Source: an uncultured Deferribacteres bacterium (GTDB taxonomy: Bacteria > Zhuqueibacterota > Zhuqueibacteria > Zhuqueibacterales > Geothermadaptataceae). From it: DNA of 14,896 nucleotides. The notes below the pieces were generated by a model. That model was given only the letters and a program-made list of their open reading frames with translations. It was not told the origin of the DNA and did no database searches. The stretch is from positions 1 through 14,896 of the forward strand of contig CAXHAT010000193.1 in NCBI GenBank assembly GCA_964014485.1. Reading direction: 5' to 3'. A program made the position numbers and the translations under genes. The number at the start of each line of letters is the position of its first letter. Positions within the stretch are counted from its first letter, which is position 1. Shown in pieces: positions 1 to 6,282 of the stretch.

Positions 1-2
1 AC

Positions 3-872
3 AGCTGTAACCCGGTCGCAACCGTCCCGGATCAAAATGCGATCATTCGCGGCTTGAAGCGCGACGATCTTTTTACAACCGTGTTTGAGCAAGTCATGAC
101 TGATACGGCGCAATTCGCGGACGTCATTCTCCCGGCGGCGACGTTTTTGGAACAGCGCGAAATCCGGCGAGGCTACGGAAGTTACGTTGTCGGCGGAATC
201 CAGCCGACAATTGCGCCGGAGGGCGAGACCAGGCCAAACGAAGAAGTCTTTGCCGAACTTGGCCGCGCTATGGGCTGGGACGATCCGCAATTTTCCTGGA
301 GTTCGGACATGTTTTTCGATAAAACCGTCGCTGCGCTGGACTTGAACGGCGAAGGAGGAAACGGCGATGTTTTGCGTGAAGGCGGGATACAAAATATTCC
401 GTTCGACGAGCCGGGACTCGTTCAATTTAAAACAATTTTCCCAAAAACCGCCAATGGCAAGGTGCAGCTCAATCCGCCTTGTCTCGGGGAAAAAGGTTAT
501 CATTTCGTTCCGGTCAAGGATGATGATTTTCCTCTCGCACTCATCAGTCCGGCGACCACAAAAATGGTGTCCAGCACTTTTGGCGAATTCAATTACAAAA
601 CGCTCAAGCTCAACATTCATCCCGATGACGCCCGCGCTCGTAACATTCAAAACGGCGAAAAAGTGAAAGTTTTTAATCGGTTGGGCGAGGTCGTTTGCTT
701 CGCCGCGGTCACACGCCAAATTCGCCAAGGCGTTGTTTTGCTGCCAAAGGGAGCGTGGATGAAATCATCGCAAAACGGCAAAACGTCAACGGCGCTGTGC
801 CCCGATTCAACCGACAATGTCGGCGGCGGCGCTTGTTTTAACGATGCACGCGTGGAAGTCGAAACCGTTTGA
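3..872 (+). CDS. Molybdopterin (bis-MGD) oxidoreductase, catalytic subunit; C-terminal part only, 5'-truncated by the window edge
   Basis: The frame is open from position 3 (SCNPVATVPDQNAIIRGLKRDDLF...), so the TTG at 54 is not the true start. Motifs are typical of MopB/DMSO-reductase family proteins: NPVATVPD, FTTVFEQVMTDTAQFADVILPAATFLE, and a molybdopterin-dinucleotide-binding C-terminal domain (IHPDDARARNIQNGEKVKVFNRLG ... GGGACFNDARVEV). Substrate cannot be determined. Confidence 0.9.
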   Translation, partial: SCNPVATVPDQNAIIRGLKRDDLFTTVFEQVMTDTAQFADVILPAATFLEQREIRRGYGSYVVGGIQPTIAPEGETRPNEEVFAELGRAMGWDDPQFSWSSDMFFDKTVAALDLNGEGGNGDVLREGGIQNIPFDEPGLVQFKTIFPKTANGKVQLNPPCLGEKGYHFVPVKDDDFPLALISPATTKMVSSTFGEFNYKTLKLNIHPDDARARNIQNGEKVKVFNRLGEVVCFAAVTRQIRQGVVLLPKGAWMKSSQNGKTSTALCPDSTDNVGGGACFNDARVEVETV

Positions 873-987
873 CTTTGCTTGAAAAACTGATTTTACGCAC
901 GGCAACGTACAACCTCAATCTTAAAACAAACATCGTCTCATTAGCGCTGGGCTTCAGCCCGGTGACGCACGAAGCGCTCATTTTCAT

Positions 988-1017
988 CTTTTCCGCCGCG
1001 CCAGCGTGGCGGAAAAG
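988..1017. repeat. GC-rich hairpin in the spacer of the REP doublet; might act as a 3' stem for the oxidoreductase transcript
   Basis: CTTTTCCGCCGCG-CCAG-CGTGGCGGAAAAG forms a 13-bp stem with one G-T pair. No separate U-tract follows it on the + strand. Confidence 0.55.
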
Positions 1018-1052
1018 CTGGGAGAGCCGTCTTCAAGAATCTCCGCTCTGAA

Positions 1053-1338
1053 GGATACTGTTGGCGAATTCCAAAGACTGACCCCAAAGGGGTCGAATGT
1101 AATAGCGAAGGGCGAAGCCCTGGGGAAAAAACGCCAATTCTCTGGTTTAAGCCCTGAAAGGGCGACATAAAATGGTGCGGCAGGGTCGATTCGTTTATTT
1201 CGCCCTTTCAGGGCTTTTACAAAAGGTGTCATTCTTGTGTTTTCCAGGGCTTCGCCCTTCGCTATTACATTTTGCCCCGTTGGGGCAGGAGTGAATTGTC
1301 AAAACCAGTCTTCACTAATGAATTCGCCAACAGTATCC
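1053..1338. mobile_element. 286-bp non-autonomous MITE-like element with 19-bp perfect terminal inverted repeats and a 4-bp TGAA target-site duplication
   Basis: GGATACTGTTGGCGAATTC (1053-1071) is the exact reverse complement of GAATTCGCCAACAGTATCC (1320-1338). TGAA lies directly outside both ends (1049-1052, 1339-1342). Short subterminal IR: AAGACTG (1074-1080) / CAGTCTT (1306-1312). No transposase ORF inside. Confidence 0.85.
1080..1287. repeat. Internal palindromic array of mini-hairpins (a second REP-like family)
   Basis: A perfect 28-bp IR spans 1096-1123 / 1244-1271 (AATGTAATAGCGAAGGGCGAAGCCCTGG). A 22/23 IR spans 1149-1171 / 1194-1216 (AAGCCCTGAAAGGGCGAcATAAA). Flanking hairpins are GACCCC-AAA-GGGGTC (1080-1094) and TGCCCC-GTT-GGGGCA (1273-1287). 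Confidence 0.85.
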
Positions 1339-1459
1339 TGAAGAGCGGAGCTAATGAGAATCAATACTTGCCCTAGACTCTGACCGCTTGTGCCAAACGA
1401 CGTGTGCGTAACATCAGTTAAAAAATAATTCAGTCAGCTAACTGCGTCTGTGGCCTTGG

Positions 1460-1477
1460 TCGGCAAGCAATTCGCAT
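1460..1477 (+). promoter_or_regulatory. Weak sigma54-like -24/-12 candidate upstream of the cytochrome operon
   Basis: tcGGCAagcaattcGCAt has GG (1462-1463) and GC (1474-1475) at the canonical 10-nt spacing, but with 3 mismatches to TGGCACG-N4-TTGCW. It lies ~105 bp upstream of the ATG at 1580. Confidence 0.25.
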
Positions 1478-1579
1478 AACCCTGGCAGGATTAAGGTTAT
1501 CGTGCTCAACTTCCCAACAATCTATCGAACGCCATTTTTAAGACATGCCGCGCGCGGCCTTTTGCTTTGAGTTTAGAAT

Positions 1580-3259
1580 ATGTCCTTGATAAAAAAATCG
1601 GTCGAAAGCTTTTTTCTTTTTGCACTCCTGGCTTCTCCAATACTCGCCCAAGAGGGCGAGGCATTGATGAAAGAGCTTGGCTGCGGCGGATGTCACGCGG
1701 GCGTCGCTCACGATGAAAGCGTCCGGGAAAAAGCGCCTGATTTGAGCTTCGCCGGTGAGCGCTATCGTCCGGAATACCTGTTTGATTATCTCCAAAACTT
1801 TTCCCGTGTTCGTAAGCATATCGGCGCGGCGCGTATGCCCGATTTCAGGTTTTCTCCTGATGAGGCGTTAGCTCTCGCACTTTTCCTCGAGCAACAAAAA
1901 ACGGAATCTCAGGATGCGATCGCGATCGCTTCAATGCTCGGCGCTGCGGACGCCAATCCCGTCGGAGTTGGCGAGCCCAAAGCGCTGATTCGCTCCAGCG
2001 GCTGTCTTGCCTGCCACCAATTGCACGGCGAAGGCTTGGCGACGGCGGTTGAGTTGGCGGATATTTCACCGCGTTTGCAGCCCGGCTGGTTCGGAAAATA
2101 CGCTGCCGCGCCTTCGGCGTACGGCATACCGATCGCAGTAATGCCCAGCTTCTTTTTTCAAAAAAACAGCGGCGGGGAGTTTGAACAAATCACCCAATCG
2201 GCCCCGCAAAAAATCGCCGCAATTTCAAATTATCTTTTTTCGCTCAATCACGATCAAATTCAATCGCAGCGCGCGAAGTTTGCAGCGGCGCGCAAGGAAT
2301 TCCCCTACGCCACGGCGGAGATTGGTGAAAAAATATTCATTTCGCAGAACTGCACCGCGTGTCATGAAAATCGAAATTTAGCATCTCAAGGTTTGACCCA
2401 GGCGCCCGATCTGAGTGTGGAAAATGTACGCGTCCAAAAAGAATGGCTGTTAAACTACCTCAAAAAACCGGAGCAATTGCGCCCTTTCGGATTCATTCCA
2501 GGCATGCGCAACAGAATGCCGGATTTCCAATTGACGCAGGCTGAAATCGACGCAATTGCAGATGATTTATCCAACCAAAGCGGCGCTCGTTCGTCCGTCA
2601 GCGGGCTCGAACAAGAACCGCTTTCAGCGTTTCGCATGATCAAAGCGCGTACTTTGCTGGAAGAAAAACTCTCTTGTCTGGGCTGTCACCAGTTGGGCGA
2701 AAAAGGGGGACGAATCGGGCCGAATTTATCTTCGCTCAATCGCCGTTTGCAGCCGCAATTTGTAAATCAAATCATTCGTGAGCCTCAGGTAATTCTCGGT
2801 CACCGAGACATGCCCCAAATTCCCATGCCGGAAAAAACGCGCGCGCTCATCGTCAATTATCTGCTGCAACAATCTGAAAAAATAATGCCGTTTCAGATGC
2901 CGAGCCTCGTCCGGCAACCGCCGATTCTCATGAGCGACAACAAATCAACAGCGACAAATTATCGGCGATACTGCGCGAGCTGCCACGGCTTAGACGGACG
3001 CGGCGACGGCTTTAACGCGCCGTTTCTGCCCAAACCCGCGACCAAGCACGCTGACGGCGAGTACATGAAAAAACGCCCCGACGACACGCTTTTCGACGGG
3101 ATTTACGTCGGCGGATACATTTTGAACAAAAGTCATTTTATGCCGCCCTGGGGGAAGACGCTTACGACCGAAGAGATTCAAAATCTCGTGGCGCACATGC
3201 GCGCGCTTTGCCAATGCGAACAACCGGGCTGGGCGGGCGACGGTACGGAGAATCATTAA
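1580..3259 (+). CDS. Secreted/periplasmic pentaheme c-type cytochrome built from tandem class-I-like cytochrome c domains
   Basis: N-terminal signal peptide (FFLFALLASPILA|Q). Five CxxCH motifs: CGGCH 1682-1696, CLACH 2003-2017, CTACH 2351-2365, CLGCH 2675-2689, CASCH 2972-2986. Each is followed downstream by an xMP motif (RMP, VMP, RMP, DMP, FMP) consistent with a Met distal ligand. Confidence 0.92.
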   Translation: MSLIKKSVESFFLFALLASPILAQEGEALMKELGCGGCHAGVAHDESVREKAPDLSFAGERYRPEYLFDYLQNFSRVRKHIGAARMPDFRFSPDEALALALFLEQQKTESQDAIAIASMLGAADANPVGVGEPKALIRSSGCLACHQLHGEGLATAVELADISPRLQPGWFGKYAAAPSAYGIPIAVMPSFFFQKNSGGEFEQITQSAPQKIAAISNYLFSLNHDQIQSQRAKFAAARKEFPYATAEIGEKIFISQNCTACHENRNLASQGLTQAPDLSVENVRVQKEWLLNYLKKPEQLRPFGFIPGMRNRMPDFQLTQAEIDAIADDLSNQSGARSSVSGLEQEPLSAFRMIKARTLLEEKLSCLGCHQLGEKGGRIGPNLSSLNRRLQPQFVNQIIREPQVILGHRDMPQIPMPEKTRALIVNYLLQQSEKIMPFQMPSLVRQPPILMSDNKSTATNYRRYCASCHGLDGRGDGFNAPFLPKPATKHADGEYMKKRPDDTLFDGIYVGGYILNKSHFMPPWGKTLTTEEIQNLVAHMRALCQCEQPGWAGDGTENH

Positions 3260-4681
3260 TTGCCAAATACGCAAAAACACATTTTCGACAGCGCAACCAT
3301 GCGCGATTTTCGTTTGCTGCTCGCAACGCGCTTGAAGTTTTACGCCAACTATGTGCGCCGCCATTTTGACCGTCGCACGATCATCTATATTTTTTTGATC
3401 GGCCTGATTTTTTTCTATATGGTTTTGCGATCACCGGCGGACGTTGGTTTTAGCCTGGCGTTTTTGAGCGATCCGAGCTTCCCGGAAACCTGGCTCTCGT
3501 TCTGGGCGCAAACGCTTGTTCTCGTGTATATTTTCGCATTCAGCCTGACCTGGATCACCTTAAAATCGAGAAATGAGGGCATTCTTCTCGGCGCCGTTCC
3601 CTTCAACAACGGCGCGGTTTTTCTATACTATCTTTCGCGGCTTTGGCTGAAATCCGGAGTCGTTGTTTTCGGCGGGGCGGCGCTGTTTTTATTGGGCGAA
3701 GCGTCGTTCATTCAAAGAATTAGCCTGTCGGTTTTGGCGTTCTTTATCTATGCTCTGCTGTTGCTCGCTGCATTCATTCGAGCGTCAAGCTTGCTGAGAA
3801 ATCTTTCGAAGAAGGGTAAGATGTTGGCCGGCTGGGGCGGTCAGGAAGCGGTTTTGCTCGCACTTTTCGCAATAGCGCCCAGGCTGGTTTTTTCGCGCGA
3901 AACGCCGGGTGCGTTATTTTCGGCAACCGCCGCCGCAGCCGTTTTAGCAGGCGCCTTTTTTCTCTTTCAAAGAGCGGCCCGATACTGGACGTTGGAAGTC
4001 GCGACCGAAGCGACGCTTTTTAGCAAGCGGGAAAAGCAAAATTCTTCGCAAAGCCGCAGCTCCTGGCTAAAAGCAAAGTCGCTGCTTGGGCAATTGATCC
4101 TGCAAGATTTTTTCTTTCTCAAAAACGCCAGAAAATCATTGTTTGTGTGGATGGGCGTACAGACGACAATGATGCTGATGATCGCGATTATGAATCCGGA
4201 TTTTCGCGGCGTCGTGGCCGGGCTGATTTTTTTCCAGTGCATCTTGGGATTCTTTTCGCTCAGTGCGCTCACGGAGCTATTCAAACGCGACGCCGAGACG
4301 TTTTTTCTTATCAAGCAACTCCCGTTATCCGCGGGAAAACTTTGGCAAGCGCGCTGGATCACGACAATACTAATTATTGCCTTGCCTTCCGCCCTCCCCG
4401 TTTTAGCGTTGCTGATCAAATTCTCATTTTCCCTCGGGGCCTTGATTTGGGGCGCAACGATTCTCGCCTTTCTGCCGGCAATTCTGGCGATGATTTTTTG
4501 CAGCGCAGGATTCAGCACCTTCCCGCACGCCAACTACGGTGCGACCATGTTCGCTATTTCTTTTGTGCTGACGGTATTGTTTTGGTTTTACGCCCCGCCG
4601 GCGACCGTTTTGATGATCGGGCTTTTTTTCTATTGGATTCGTAAATCTGTTCGGCGCATGAAATATCTGGAGGCGGGATGA
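3260..4681 (+). CDS. Polytopic membrane protein, probable ABC-exporter permease subunit
   Basis: Roughly a dozen hydrophobic segments in two blocks separated by a basic cytoplasmic linker (SKREKQNSSQSRSSW...GQLILQDFFFLKN). Each block has a loop of the 'L..LP......' type seen in ABC-2/EcsB-like permeases (LLGAVPFNN; LIKQLPLSAGKLW). Its TGA overlaps the ATPase ATG (ATGA 4678-4681). Start is either TTG 3260 or ATG 3299. Confidence 0.7.
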   Translation: MPNTQKHIFDSATMRDFRLLLATRLKFYANYVRRHFDRRTIIYIFLIGLIFFYMVLRSPADVGFSLAFLSDPSFPETWLSFWAQTLVLVYIFAFSLTWITLKSRNEGILLGAVPFNNGAVFLYYLSRLWLKSGVVVFGGAALFLLGEASFIQRISLSVLAFFIYALLLLAAFIRASSLLRNLSKKGKMLAGWGGQEAVLLALFAIAPRLVFSRETPGALFSATAAAAVLAGAFFLFQRAARYWTLEVATEATLFSKREKQNSSQSRSSWLKAKSLLGQLILQDFFFLKNARKSLFVWMGVQTTMMLMIAIMNPDFRGVVAGLIFFQCILGFFSLSALTELFKRDAETFFLIKQLPLSAGKLWQARWITTILIIALPSALPVLALLIKFSFSLGALIWGATILAFLPAILAMIFCSAGFSTFPHANYGATMFAISFVLTVLFWFYAPPATVLMIGLFFYWIRKSVRRMKYLEAG

Positions 4682-5418
4682 TCGATATCCGCAATTTATC
4701 GAAAACTTTTGGCGAGCTAAAAGCGGTCAATCAGGTCAGCTTTCGCGCGGAAAAAGGCGAAATTTGCGGCGTTCTGGGGCCGAACGGCGCGGGAAAAAGT
4801 ACGCTTTTCAAAATGTTGATGGGCTTGCTACAGCCTGACGACGGCGAAATAATCATTGGGCAAAAGCCTGTCGTGTACGGCGATTCGAGCTATAAGCGCA
4901 AGATCGGTTTTTCGCCGGAAGCCCCTGTTTTTTATGAGTATTTGACGGCGGCGCAATTTCTGGATTTTATTTCGGCGGCCAGACGCGTACCGCCGGAAAT
5001 TAGAGAAGACGAGATCAAAAAATGGGTTACGTTTTTTAATCTGGACGCCAAAGTTGATGACTTGGTAAAAAACTGCTCCCACGGTATGCGCCGAAAAATC
5101 AGCCTGATCGCCGCCTTGGTCGGTGAACCGCCGATTTTGATTCTCGATGAAGCGACCAACGGGCTCGATCCGGAAAGCAGTTTTCGTTTCAAAACGTATC
5201 TAAGAGAATATGCCGAAAAAGGCGGAACGGCGCTTTTTTCTACTCACATTATTGAAGTCGTTGAACACCTGTGCGACAGGATTCTCGTAATGGGACGAGG
5301 AAGAATTATCAAGACTTTACGAAAGGAAGAATGGCTTTCACTCCGAAAACATGGCGGATCACTTGAACAGGAATTTATTCAGTGGGTCAAGAACGACGAT
5401 GAGTCTGAGTTAAGTTAA
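4678..5418 (+). CDS. ABC transporter ATP-binding protein (ABC-2/EcsA-like exporter type)
   Basis: Walker A GPNGAGKST; signature variant CSHGMRRK; Walker B/D-loop ILILDEATNGLDP; H-switch FSTH. Confidence 0.95.
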   Translation: MIDIRNLSKTFGELKAVNQVSFRAEKGEICGVLGPNGAGKSTLFKMLMGLLQPDDGEIIIGQKPVVYGDSSYKRKIGFSPEAPVFYEYLTAAQFLDFISAARRVPPEIREDEIKKWVTFFNLDAKVDDLVKNCSHGMRRKISLIAALVGEPPILILDEATNGLDPESSFRFKTYLREYAEKGGTALFSTHIIEVVEHLCDRILVMGRGRIIKTLRKEEWLSLRKHGGSLEQEFIQWVKNDDESELS

Positions 5419-5438
5419 TCAAGAACAGGAAGTTCAAA

Positions 5439-6197
5439 ATGAAAAAAAATATTCTGGGGATCGCGGGCCTTGGCGCGCTTCTTTTCTTTGGGTGTGAAAA
5501 TAACGAAAAACATGACACTGCGGAATTTCAAATCGGGCTTTCCGATGAAAACGCCGTGTTGTTGAGCGACAAGGTCATGGAAGCGGTCGGCGGCGTAAAA
5601 AGGCTGCAAGACGTCAAATTGATCGTCTTTGATTTCCTGGTGACTGAAAATGATTCGGTGCGAACAAAGCGCTCTCATCGTTGGGACAGAGCTTCAAACG
5701 TAGATTTTGTCGAATGGTCGGAAGGCGATTCGATGCGATTCCGCGTTGAATTGGAAACGGCGACGCGTTCCGGGAAAGCGTTTCTGAACGATGAAGCGTT
5801 GACAATTCCCAACGACGTTGACGCGGCGGTGCAGCGAGCCTACGCCATGTTTATCAACGACGCCTATTGGTTGCTGGCCCCGTTCAAATTGCAGGATCCC
5901 GGCGTATCGCTCAAATATCAAGGCCTCAAAACGGAGAATGATGCAAGCCACGAAATCATCACACTTCTGTTCGACGGCGTTGGCTTGACGCCCGAAAATC
6001 AATACGATCTTTACATCGATCCAAATTCAAATTTGATCAAATTCTGGGATTACAAGCCAACGGAAAATGCGCCCGCAACGCGTTTTTCGTGGGAAAACTG
6101 GGTAGAATTGGAAGGAATGAAATTTTCAACCGAGCACAGTTTTGCCGAGGGGAGAAGAAAAGTGAAAATAGAAAATCTGCATATTGAATTACGGTGA
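5439..6197 (+). CDS. Conserved hypothetical lipoprotein, predicted beta-rich
   Basis: RBS-like AGGAAG at ~5427. MKK followed by a hydrophobic stretch and lipobox LFFG|C. Contains AYAMFINDAYWLLAPFKLQDPGV and FDGVGLTPENQY, which I recall from an uncharacterised FCB-group family (possibly DUF6503-like; not verified). Confidence 0.75.
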   Translation: MKKNILGIAGLGALLFFGCENNEKHDTAEFQIGLSDENAVLLSDKVMEAVGGVKRLQDVKLIVFDFLVTENDSVRTKRSHRWDRASNVDFVEWSEGDSMRFRVELETATRSGKAFLNDEALTIPNDVDAAVQRAYAMFINDAYWLLAPFKLQDPGVSLKYQGLKTENDASHEIITLLFDGVGLTPENQYDLYIDPNSNLIKFWDYKPTENAPATRFSWENWVELEGMKFSTEHSFAEGRRKVKIENLHIELR

Positions 6198-6232
6198 GTC
6201 TGGGACGCCGCTTTCCCCACGTTTTCAGCCCG

Positions 6233-6273
6233 GCGACTCTTTGACTCATCGTTCGAATGAGCCAAAGAGTCGC
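6233..6273. terminator. Long stem-loop between convergent genes; possible bidirectional terminator or 3'-protective stem
   Basis: GCGACTCTTTGACTCAT (6233-6249) pairs with ATGAGCCAAAGAGTCGC (6257-6273): 17-bp stem, 7-nt loop. The single mismatch is a G-U pair on the minus strand. No U-tract on either side. Confidence 0.55.
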
Positions 6274-6282
6274 GGCGAGCAT

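Larger units (their letters stand above)
936..1359. repeat. Outer inverted REP-like doublet (REPIN-like), interrupted by a MITE
   Basis: TCTCATTAGC (936-945) is the reverse complement of GCTAATGAGA (1350-1359). Each end continues into an 8-bp hairpin with a TTCA/TGAA loop. Left: CGCTGGGC-TTCA-GCCCGGTG (945-964, two G-T pairs). Right, after removing the MITE: CTCCGCTC-TGAA-GAGCGGAG (1041-1048 and 1343-1350). Confidence 0.75.

Noticed and set aside
869..1232. Small ORFs 869..1051 (+), 941..1168 (-) and 984..1232 (-)
   Set aside because: They run through palindromic repeat/MITE sequence and show no transposase or other recognisable motif, so they are most likely chance ORFs.
1053..1338. CRISPR array or integron attC interpretation of the repeat cluster
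   Set aside because: The repeats are nested and inverted, not direct repeats with regular unique spacers. There are no cas genes, no integrase and no RYYYAAC/GTTRRRY-bounded cassette structure.
1380..1398. Minus-strand TTGGCACA as a sigma54 -24 element
   Set aside because: There is no GC at the -12 position and no gene downstream on that strand.
3260..5418. Calling the ABC pair ccmA/ccmB (cytochrome c maturation)
   Set aside because: The permease is about twice the size of CcmB, there is no WWD motif and no ccmC/E/F in the window, and the ATPase resembles generic ABC-2/EcsA-type exporters.
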